Origin: a virus
Virus record (IMG/VR): IMGVR_UViG_3300014913_000007
Location: 89,390-153,389 of that record
DNA: 64,000 bases
Reading direction: 5' to 3' (one strand)
Each line of letters starts with the position of its first letter. Position 1 is the first letter of the stretch. The notes beneath the pieces are model-generated. The model was not told the origin of the DNA and ran no database searches. It saw nothing but the letters and a program-made list of their open reading frames with translations. This document shows, piece by piece, positions 1 through 6,510 of the stretch. The translations under genes were made by a program, and so were the position numbers.

Positions 1-405
1 TTGGTCATCAGTAAGCGAGTTAATTGCCAAATTTAAATCATTTGATCCAGTAGTGGTTAAGATAACGTCTGGTATCTCAAATCTTAGTTCCTCAATGTCT
101 TGTAAAATACTTGAGTATTCTCCAGCCTCTACTGAAGCTATTAACTGATCTACATATAACTTAGTTGCAGCTTCAGAGTCTGTGGTGGGGTTTGGTAATT
201 GACTAAGTATTTGATTATTAAAGTCTACAGCATCCTGAGGAGGATATTTGTACCACTCATCTGCTGCAGCTCCAGAACTTGTAGCTCCAGAACTTGTAAC
301 TGCCTCTGAATCTCGGTATCTACCTCCAACAGCTAATAGTTCCTCTCCTCGCTGAATTACTCTAGATTCAGGTGTTACTTGTGGATCTACTTTATAATTT
401 GACAT
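1..405 (-). CDS. Fibre/virion-like protein, 5' part (runs off window edge)
   Basis: Hand translation from ATG at 405: MSNYKVDPQVTPESR...VTSSGATSSGAA...NPTTDSEAATKLYVD..., open to position 1; GAGGG RBS-like sequence upstream; the P-T-x-x-x-AATKxYVD motif is typical of phage fibre proteins. Confidence 0.7.
   Translation of the reverse strand, partial: MSNYKVDPQVTPESRVIQRGEELLAVGGRYRDSEAVTSSGATSSGAAADEWYKYPPQDAVDFNNQILSQLPNPTTDSEAATKLYVDQLIASVEAGEYSSILQDIEELRFEIPDVILTTTGSNDLNLAINSLTDDQ
268..297. repeat. Exact 15-bp tandem duplication (agctccagaacttgt x2) encoding TSSGA twice
   Basis: Read directly in the sequence. Confidence 0.9.
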
Positions 406-475
406 AATTATTATTATTCCCTCATATTAAAATTTCTTTTAATATTCTATAGTACATTACCAAGTTAAATATTTC

Positions 476-504
476 TTGACATACGTTAATATCTGTACTA
501 TAGT
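476..504 (+). promoter_or_regulatory. sigma70-type promoter of the first tRNA operon
   Basis: TTGACA-N17-TATAGT. Confidence 0.8.
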
Positions 505-510
505 ACATTT

Positions 511-594
511 ATGATGTTATCTATTTGTAACATATCTTTTGACTTTGCCGTATTCAACGGTACAGGAATCACCTCGGGAACTGGCACACATTAA
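511..594 (+). CDS. Putative leaderless leader peptide, Gly/Thr-rich (27 aa)
   Basis: MMLSICNISFDFAVFNGTGITSGTGTH*; ATG lies at the predicted transcription start; 8 of residues 17-26 are Gly/Thr. Confidence 0.65.
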   Translation: MMLSICNISFDFAVFNGTGITSGTGTH

Positions 595-685
595 GTGTAA
601 ACTGTCAGGATCCATCTAACAAATAAGTTTAAAATTTAATCTGGATACTGGCGGTACTAATATGATCGTATTTGGAGTTTGTTAC

Positions 686-1021
686 ATGAGTAGATCACGT
701 AGAAAAAAACCTATCATCAGACACGGTGGTAGTGATAAGTGGTGGAGAAGGAACTACAATCGTAAACTAAGAAGAGCTAATAAGGTACTCTTACAGAAAC
801 AGAAGGAAGATTTCCTACCTAAATTAGTTAGAGAAGTTAGTAATGTTTGGGATAGTAGTAGAGATTGTACTTTTAGATTTACTTATCTAAAGGATGGTAA
901 CTTATGTCATCTAAGTAACGTTGGATTCTGGGCTGATTTTTATGGAGTATCTATAGAAGAGTATATAGAGAAAGAAAAGAAAGAAGCTAAGGAGGAATAC
1001 AACAAATGGATGAGGAAGTAG
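686..1021 (+). CDS. Basic hypothetical protein (MSRS.RK...KR..NRKLRR type)
   Basis: ORF track 662..1021; the ATG at 686 has a GGAG RBS upstream; strongly basic N-terminus. Confidence 0.7.
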   Translation: MSRSRRKKPIIRHGGSDKWWRRNYNRKLRRANKVLLQKQKEDFLPKLVREVSNVWDSSRDCTFRFTYLKDGNLCHLSNVGFWADFYGVSIEEYIEKEKKEAKEEYNKWMRK

Positions 1022-1164
1022 AGTACAAGAAAACTAACAGGGAGAAGGTACAGACTCCTAAGTTAGGTATATTCTATTGCACATGTGATAGAGCTTTAGT
1101 AGGAAAGGGGAGGAAGTGTAAGTTTTGCGGGACTAGAGATCCTGGTAAAACATTTAAAAAATAA
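1006..1164 (+). CDS. Small zinc-ribbon protein (52 aa), absent from the ORF track
   Basis: MDEEVEYKKTNREKVQTPKLGIFYCTCDRALVGKGRKCKFCGTRDPGKTFKK*; AAGGAGG RBS upstream; CxC...CxxC. Confidence 0.75.
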   Translation: MDEEVEYKKTNREKVQTPKLGIFYCTCDRALVGKGRKCKFCGTRDPGKTFKK

Positions 1165-1167
1165 TAT

Positions 1168-1240
1168 CCTGGAATGAGGTTAATGGTTAGCCTGTCTGAC
1201 TTCCAATCAGAATGCGTCAGTTCGAATCTGGCTTCCAGGA
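1168..1240 (+). tRNA. tRNA-Gly(TCC)
   Basis: Acceptor CCTGGAA/TTCCAGG; anticodon arm TCTGA-CTTCCAA-TCAGA; T-loop TTCGAAT. Confidence 0.9.
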
Positions 1241-1245
1241 CTCCT

Positions 1246-1318
1246 GCTCGAATAGTATAAGTGGGCAATACACTGGTTTTGTAATCCAGAATTTTCGGAT
1301 CGTGGCCGAATTCGAGCT
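1246..1318 (+). tRNA. tRNA-Thr(TGT), atypical T-loop
   Basis: Acceptor GCTCGAA/TTCGAGC; anticodon arm CTGGT-TTTGTAA-TCCAG; T-arm TTCGG-ATCGTGG-CCGAA. Confidence 0.8.
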
Positions 1319-1324
1319 AATTAT

Positions 1325-1353
1325 TTGACATTACTTAGTATTTATAATATAAT
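1325..1353 (+). promoter_or_regulatory. sigma70 promoter for the HNH gene
   Basis: TTGACA-N17-TATAAT, ATG at 1360. Confidence 0.8.
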
Positions 1354-1359
1354 AGTTAA

Positions 1360-1728
1360 ATGTCCAAACTTAAAGTCTGTAAACAATGTGGAAAAACTTT
1401 CCCCAAATCAGGTATGTACTTAGGTAAGTGAAGGAACTTCTGTAATAGGAGTTACTTTCTTTTATGCTCCTCAACTAGGTTGGCCAGACAGTATTTACTG
1501 GAGAAACATGGAAACAAGTGTTTTCAATGTGAAGTAACCGGATGGAATGGACGGCCAGGACCTGTAGTTTTAGATCATATAAATGGAAACCCTTATGATC
1601 ATAGTTTAGAAAATATTAGATTGCTCTGTTGTAATTGTGATGCACAAACTAATACATATAAAAACAAAAATAAAGGTAAAGGCAGGCACACTAGGAGATT
1701 ACGATACAAACAAGGTAAAAGCTACTAA
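1360..1728 (+). pseudogene. HNH endonuclease interrupted by an in-frame TGA (1429-1431)
   Basis: MSKLKVCKQCGKTF...GK*RNFCNR... continues in frame into ORF 1480..1728, which has C-x2-C, LDHINGN...N.RLLCCNCDAQT (HNH-type). Confidence 0.7.
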
Positions 1729-1759
1729 TAGCTAACTCAACTCTCAGCTTCAGCTCCAT

Positions 1760-2065
1760 TTATTTTGGTAATAAAGTCTCAACGAGTACATGATAATCTC
1801 CGAATATAATACATGTACCATAGTCATTAATAGAAAACTGACCAAAATTAGGTGATATACCTTCCACACTCTCCTTAAAATAACTAAAGGGTACTTCAAG
1901 CAAGGAACTATTTCCCATACATAATACAACCTCTTCAGTGTTTACATCTATAAACCCACTTATTACATGCTTCTCTGGGTTATCTTTCTTTAATACTTTA
2001 GTTATATTATTAGGATCTAATTTTGCTCTTCTACTAATCATATGTTCCTCACTCAATGTATTCAT
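1760..2065 (-). CDS. Hypothetical protein, DUF2442-like
   Basis: ORF; LEVPFSYF...FSINDYGTCIIFGDY pattern resembles DUF2442. Confidence 0.45.
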   Translation of the reverse strand: MNTLSEEHMISRRAKLDPNNITKVLKKDNPEKHVISGFIDVNTEEVVLCMGNSSLLEVPFSYFKESVEGISPNFGQFSINDYGTCIIFGDYHVLVETLLPK

Positions 2066-2166
2066 TAGTTATTACAAAATAAGCTAGTAATATATTAATA
2101 CATAATTTAAAGATAAATGTCAAGTTACCATGTATTATATGTACCATAGTGTACTATAATATAAGT

Positions 2167-2529
2167 ATGGATATATTCCAATTAATCAAACAATGCTTAG
2201 AAACAGCTGAGGATACACCACATTTAAGCGTACTGGACGATTACATGCTATCTTATACCCTGGACCCAGATGATGAAGATCTAGCCACAGCGAGAGAATA
2301 TGACCTTGATCGAGTAACTTATAAAGGATTAATAGAAGGTGAACAAATATTTATAGGACCAGATAGACAACCTATAGCACTTAAAGAGTCTGAATATAAA
2401 AAGAAATGGGTGATGATTTCAACTACTAAATTAAAAGGACAAATATTACTTGCTGAATATGAAAAGCTAATCCAGCAAGTTTATAATCAGTTACCTGAAG
2501 CTTTGAAAGATAAAGTCTTTATTAAATAA
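2167..2529 (+). CDS. Hypothetical protein
   Basis: ORF track 2149..2529; likely start ATG at 2167, just downstream of TATAAT. Confidence 0.6.
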   Translation: MDIFQLIKQCLETAEDTPHLSVLDDYMLSYTLDPDDEDLATAREYDLDRVTYKGLIEGEQIFIGPDRQPIALKESEYKKKWVMISTTKLKGQILLAEYEKLIQQVYNQLPEALKDKVFIK

Positions 2530-2531
2530 TA

Positions 2532-2861
2532 CTAAAAAGCAAAGCATTCAAAATAAAATGCTGAATCAGATGGGGAGGAACTTATTCTTCTAGTACCTAC
2601 TCTAATAGTATTAATATCTGAACTATTAGTTAATTCTCTCCAACCAGTTACAGAACCATTGGAACTTTGCTGCTGATCTTCAAAAGATCTAAACTGTGTT
2701 TCAGGATCATTTCCTACATTACCCGTGAACATTCTTATAAGTTGCACTCTTTTACCAAAATTATGATTAAAATAATATTGAATTTCCGAAGTAGAGGTAC
2801 TCCTGGTTAATACCTCAGATTGATAATGTAAAACATTACTTTCATTTGTTAATCTAATCAT
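2532..2861 (-). CDS. Hypothetical beta-rich protein, possibly a fibre-tip-like module
   Basis: ORF with GAGG RBS; FNHNFG motif; family not recognised. Confidence 0.5.
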   Translation of the reverse strand: MIRLTNESNVLHYQSEVLTRSTSTSEIQYYFNHNFGKRVQLIRMFTGNVGNDPETQFRSFEDQQQSSNGSVTGWRELTNSSDINTIRVGTRRISSSPSDSAFYFECFAF

Positions 2862-2932
2862 AATATAATTCCTCGTATTTATTATCTATTCTTTATATAT
2901 ATAGTATAGAAGTAATATTTTTAATATAATAT

Positions 2933-2961
2933 TTGACATTAATTTTTATTTGTACTATGAT
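2933..2961 (+). promoter_or_regulatory. sigma70-type promoter of the second tRNA operon
   Basis: TTGACA-N17-TATGAT. Confidence 0.8.
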
Positions 2962-2970
2962 CTATTTGTT

Positions 2971-3057
2971 ATGTTAATATCAACTCTAAAACATATACTA
3001 TTCGATATAAAGCGGTTCCATAACCGCCATAAAAGACGCTTTGCGTCTACAATATAA
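2971..3057 (+). CDS. Putative leader peptide, Arg/His/Lys-rich (28 aa)
   Basis: MLISTLKHILFDIKRFHNRHKRRFASTI*; starts 9 nt after the -10 box, no SD; overlaps hairpins GCGGTT/AACCGC and AGACGC/GCGTCT. Confidence 0.65.
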   Translation: MLISTLKHILFDIKRFHNRHKRRFASTI

Positions 3058-3105
3058 TCAAACAAACAATTCAATTAGGGTAGAAGTAATTAAGTAAATA
3101 AATTT

Positions 3106-3174
3106 GGCTGTATAGGTTAATGGTAGACTAGGAGACTGTCGATCTCTTTGCCGGGTTCGATTCCCGTACAGCCG
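3106..3174 (+). tRNA. tRNA-Asp(GTC), short T-stem
   Basis: Acceptor GGCTGTA/TACAGCC; anticodon arm GGAGA-CTGTCGA-TCTCT; T-loop TTCGATT with a 4-bp stem. Confidence 0.8.
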
Positions 3175-3181
3175 TTCTTTT

Positions 3182-3253
3182 AGGGAGATAGCTCAATGGT
3201 TGGAGCACTCGGCTCGTATCCGAATGGTTACGGGTTCAAGTCCGGCCTCCCTA
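3182..3253 (+). tRNA. Degenerate tRNA with CGT (Thr) anticodon, possibly a pseudo-tRNA
   Basis: D-arm GCTC/GAGC; anticodon arm CTCGG-CTCGTAT-CCGAA; TTCAAGT loop; mismatches in T and acceptor stems. Confidence 0.6.
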
Positions 3254-3290
3254 CTTTTTAAAGTAAACTATTCTTTACATTATACCAACT

Positions 3291-3345
3291 TAATGTATAG
3301 AATACTAGACATTATCTGCTATACTGTCTAAGATTCTATACATTA
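3291..3345. repeat. Inverted repeat/hairpin inside the tRNA cluster
   Basis: TAATGTATAGAAT..TAGACA ... TGTCTA..ATTCTATACATTA (13-bp plus 6-bp stems). Confidence 0.8.
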
Positions 3346-3354
3346 TAGCATTTT

Positions 3355-3428
3355 GCTGCAGTAGTCTAACTGGATAGGCATCTCGCTTCTAACGAGACAA
3401 TATGAAGGTTCGAGTCCTTCCTGCAGTG
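3355..3428 (+). tRNA. tRNA-Arg(TCT)
   Basis: Acceptor GCTGCAG/CTGCAGT; TCTCG-CTTCTAA-CGAGA; GAAGG-TTCGAGT-CCTTC. Confidence 0.92.
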
Positions 3429-3436
3429 CTTTATAT

Positions 3437-3510
3437 GGTGACCATAACTTAACTGGTTAAAGTGCCTGACTGTGAATCAGGTGATTCGGGTTCAAATCCC
3501 GATGGTCACA
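3437..3510 (+). tRNA. tRNA-His(GTG)
   Basis: G-1 then GTGACCA/TGGTCAC; CCTGA-CTGTGAA-TCAGG; TCGGG-TTCAAAT-CCCGA. Confidence 0.92.
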
Positions 3511-3516
3511 CCCTTT

Positions 3517-3592
3517 GCCCTGGTAGTATAATCAGATAAAACACTCAGCTACGAACTGAGAGATGAAGGTGCAAGTCCTTCCTAGGGTGCCA
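3517..3592 (+). tRNA. tRNA-Arg(ACG) with encoded CCA
   Basis: GCCCTGG/CTAGGGT; CTCAG-CTACGAA-CTGAG; GAAGG-TGCAAGT-CCTTC; ends GCCA. Confidence 0.9.
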
Positions 3593-3597
3593 ATTAT

Positions 3598-3668
3598 TCC
3601 CTCTTAATGTAACGGTAGCATACCTGGCTTTTAACCAGTTTGTGGGAGTTCAAATCTCTCAGGGGGAA
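3598..3668 (+). tRNA. tRNA-Lys(TTT)
   Basis: TCCCTCT/AGGGGGA; CCTGG-CTTTTAA-CCAGT; GGGAG-TTCAAAT-CTCTC. Confidence 0.88.
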
Positions 3669-3706
3669 CTTTTTCAATTTCTAAGTATTAACTAAGTGCT
3701 ATACAC

Positions 3707-3919
3707 TTACTGACTTCCCCACTGTGCAAAACCTGTGGGAGAGTTATAAATTGTAGGTTCTTTGGTAATATCTTCGGATACACTAAAACTATCAGGATAT
3801 CTTCTCAACAAAATTTCTCTCGCCTGTTCAACGCTCTCTGCCAAAGCGAACATTATTCCTGCTTTCCAGTCCCAGAGAACATCTTCCCATACGTATAGTT
3901 TTAGGTTTTTATTCTTCAT
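3707..3919 (-). CDS. Hypothetical phage protein
   Basis: ORF, translationally coupled to the upstream gene. Confidence 0.65.
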   Translation of the reverse strand: MKNKNLKLYVWEDVLWDWKAGIMFALAESVEQAREILLRRYPDSFSVSEDITKEPTIYNSPTGFAQWGSQ

Positions 3920-4340
3920 CTGACCATTTACCAGTTAGTTTAAAGTGCATTAGTTCACCAGTAAGCTCACTGCTACCACATAGAACTGGTACTCCAAGTT
4001 CTACACAGAGTTCTACTTCTTCACGCATACCTCCAGATACCTTATCACCGTAAAGCCAAAGCTCGTCAAAGCCTCCTCGTCTAAACATTGCCTTGTTTGC
4101 TTCTATTCCCAATCTTCTCTCTTCTGGAATGTTATCATCTAAATAAAGAAGTGGGACTATGTAGGGAGCTAATGGGATAATATTTGGAGAATTTTTATGT
4201 ATTTCCTCACATATATCTTTTACACGATCAATATTACCAGAAATATCTCCAGACACCGGATGAGCTATATAAACCATTAGTTTCTCTTTTTTTGTCTCTT
4301 TAACTTCTGTTTTACCAAACATTTTAGGCTCCCATAGCAT
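3909..4340 (-). CDS. DUF4406 / nucleoside deoxyribosyltransferase-like protein
   Basis: VYIAHPVSGD...PLAP...LDD..PEER.LG...DELWLYG..SGGMREEV. Confidence 0.7.
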   Translation of the reverse strand: MLWEPKMFGKTEVKETKKEKLMVYIAHPVSGDISGNIDRVKDICEEIHKNSPNIIPLAPYIVPLLYLDDNIPEERRLGIEANKAMFRRGGFDELWLYGDKVSGGMREEVELCVELGVPVLCGSSELTGELMHFKLTGKWSDEE

Positions 4341-4482
4341 GTAAAAAGTAAGTTACACAAAAGATTATAACAGCAATATCAAGTACTATCATTGCAAAAT
4401 TATGTAAAAATTTTCTCCAAAATCCTGCTAAATCTATAACAAAGCTAGCAGATATTTTTAATAGTAATCCTAATTTATACAT
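4324..4482 (-). CDS. Small membrane protein (52 aa), absent from the ORF track
   Basis: MYKLGLLLKISASFVIDLAGFWRKFLHNFAMIVLDIAVIIFCVTYFLHAMGA*; fills the operon gap; GGAG upstream. Confidence 0.6.
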   Translation of the reverse strand: MYKLGLLLKISASFVIDLAGFWRKFLHNFAMIVLDIAVIIFCVTYFLHAMGA

Positions 4483-4705
4483 TCTTCTTCTCCTTGGCTT
4501 TGGCCTCTAAAACTTTAAATTCCCTATACTGAGTATCTAATATCTTTAATAAATCAAAATCGTTAAGGAAAAATAGATCAGGTACTTTAGAGTCACAGTC
4601 TATATCAGTCAATAACTGTCCAAACCTTTTATCAGGTCGTTGTCTCCATACCTCTCTCACTGTTGCAAGAACTAGGTCTATTCTTTCGAAGTCTTCATTA
4701 GGCAT
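4475..4705 (-). CDS. DUF1040/YihD-like small protein (paralogue 2)
   Basis: ERID.VL...W...PD.RFGQLL...DLFFL.D. Confidence 0.6.
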   Translation of the reverse strand: MPNEDFERIDLVLATVREVWRQRPDKRFGQLLTDIDCDSKVPDLFFLNDFDLLKILDTQYREFKVLEAKAKEKKNV

Positions 4706-4881
4706 TCTAAAATCTCCAACAATTTTGAATCTTCAAAGTAAAATACTTCAGGTGCTATTAAGTTCTTCTTCTTCTGTCTCATTAAATTTATAAGTATCTG
4801 ACCCAACCTCAAATCTGGCTGAGATTTCCAACGTTCCTCTAACAAGCTTAGTATTTTATCTATTCTTTCTGGATCTCTCAT
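4678..4881 (-). CDS. DUF1040/YihD-like small protein (paralogue 1)
   Basis: MRDPERIDKIL...W...PDLRLGQIL...FYFED. Confidence 0.65.
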   Translation of the reverse strand: MRDPERIDKILSLLEERWKSQPDLRLGQILINLMRQKKKNLIAPEVFYFEDSKLLEILECLMKTSKE

Positions 4882-5315
4882 TTACCTGTACTCCCAAAGC
4901 CTGCGGACCCTCTAATAGATTCATCTAACTTATCTACTTCTAAAAGTAGAATCTTACCTGTATTATCCTTCCTTAAAACTAATTGGGCTATTTTATCTCC
5001 CCTGTTTATTTTAAAGAAGGGTAGTTTATTGCTTGCTTTATTGCATTTTAGCCTTACAAAAATTTCTCCGCGATAATTTGGATCAAGTACTCCGGCCATC
5101 ACATGTGCATACTTAGATACAGAAGATCTATCAATGATTTGAAACCAATAACCAGTAGGAGGTTGTATAGCTATACCCGTAGGTACTAGAGTCACGTCAC
5201 CCGGAACCATATCTATATTTGCGTCTGCATAAATATCAATTCCAAGGTCTCCAGGTCTGGGTGGTTTAATCTTATTTAGTGGTTTATTTAAGTACTTAAC
5301 TTTGGTTACAAACAT
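4878..5315 (-). CDS. dut: Trimeric dUTPase
   Basis: GIDI, DRSS, GVLDPNYRGE, GDKIAQL and RGSAGFGSTG motifs. Confidence 0.95.
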   Translation of the reverse strand: MFVTKVKYLNKPLNKIKPPRPGDLGIDIYADANIDMVPGDVTLVPTGIAIQPPTGYWFQIIDRSSVSKYAHVMAGVLDPNYRGEIFVRLKCNKASNKLPFFKINRGDKIAQLVLRKDNTGKILLLEVDKLDESIRGSAGFGSTGK

Positions 5316-5321
5316 ATTTAA

Positions 5322-5714
5322 TTAAGCATCCTTTAAAGTTATTATAGACCCTTTTCCTATTTTATTAGTGTCACAGAAATCCTTACGAAGTTCTACTGCT
5401 ACTGTGTAAACTCCATACATTGGAAATACTATTTTTGCACTGTTCTTGTTCATATCTACACTTTCCATAACCACTCCCTGCTGAACATCTTCAGTGTCTA
5501 TCATGTTGAGTAGATATAGAACTCTTAAATCATAAGGTACTCCAGTATTTTCAAATTGAAGTTTCATTGCTGTATCATATTGAAACATGTAACCCTCATT
5601 ACTTGATAAGGTGTTTCCAGATGCTCTTGCTCCCTCTCTATACTCATCTGAAGTTTCTACTTTATTTAGCATTATAGGTATTCCATCTATTATAGCTTTT
5701 TGTTTTAACATCAC
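5322..5714 (-). CDS. DUF192-like protein
   Basis: L..NEG.MF.Y......F.N..VPYDL.V.YL...AVEL...IG.G pattern. Confidence 0.6.
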   Translation of the reverse strand: MMLKQKAIIDGIPIMLNKVETSDEYREGARASGNTLSSNEGYMFQYDTAMKLQFENTGVPYDLRVLYLLNMIDTEDVQQGVVMESVDMNKNSAKIVFPMYGVYTVAVELRKDFCDTNKIGKGSIITLKDA

Positions 5715-6160
5715 ACTTCCAATTTAAAATTTAAGAAATCTTTTAAGGCTTCCAAGTTCTGTCTAGCTTGAGAATTTCTATTATCATATGTTTCTGCTAT
5801 TTGTTTAGTTCTTATAATCTGAGATTTAGAAAAATTAACAATATTCATTAAAAAATTTAATTCATGAAAACTAAATTCCTTCTTAGAAAATCCTCCCTCT
5901 CTAGAATTTTTAACTGCCTCGGAAAGCATTTTAAGAGCTTCGTCCAACATGTCTTCATTTTGGAAGGCTAACTTTTTCTCATTCTCTACTGCTTCTTCTG
6001 CTACTTCCTCTACTATTGGAGTTTTTGTAACAGACTTTCCAGGTTTTATTGTTTGTCCTTTAGCAGTAATCTCTGGCTTTGGTTCCTGAGGTTCTGGATT
6101 TACTCCAGCTTTATTTATTTTACCTTCAGTAATTGTTTTTGAAGCTTTTTTCTTAGGCAT
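5711..6160 (-). CDS. Hypothetical protein
   Basis: ORF in a coupled operon. Confidence 0.6.
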   Translation of the reverse strand: MPKKKASKTITEGKINKAGVNPEPQEPKPEITAKGQTIKPGKSVTKTPIVEEVAEEAVENEKKLAFQNEDMLDEALKMLSEAVKNSREGGFSKKEFSFHELNFLMNIVNFSKSQIIRTKQIAETYDNRNSQARQNLEALKDFLNFKLEV

Positions 6161-6510
6161 TACTTACGTCTCCTATTTTTCCTATTATTCCTATCCCTTC
6201 TACATTTTTCCTTTCGTACAAAGATATACAAGTCTTTTAAGTCAGGAAAGTCTCTAAGGATACTGCTAAAATTTTTATCTACATATTTCTCTAAGGTAAT
6301 ATCAAAATTACCACTATCCACTATTCTATCTAAAACTTTATGGTAAATAGTTTCATTTTTACTCAGAAGTAGTCTTTCAGACATCTCAGCTACGAAGTCT
6401 TCTTTTTTAATAAACTCCCTAGGAGTTTTTGGCTTAGTAGCCTCTTCTGCTAACTCTTCTGCTGTTTCTGCTGTTTCTTGTACACCTAAACTGGCTGATT
6501 TTTCCTGCAT
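6160..6510 (-). CDS. Hypothetical protein
   Basis: ORF in a coupled operon. Confidence 0.6.
   Translation of the reverse strand: MQEKSASLGVQETAETAEELAEEATKPKTPREFIKKEDFVAEMSERLLLSKNETIYHKVLDRIVDSGNFDITLEKYVDKNFSSILRDFPDLKDLYIFVRKEKCRRDRNNRKNRRRK

Noticed and set aside
1074-1268. 64-aa minus-strand ORF
   Set aside because: Antisense to tRNA-Gly/Thr and the zinc-ribbon gene; a shadow ORF
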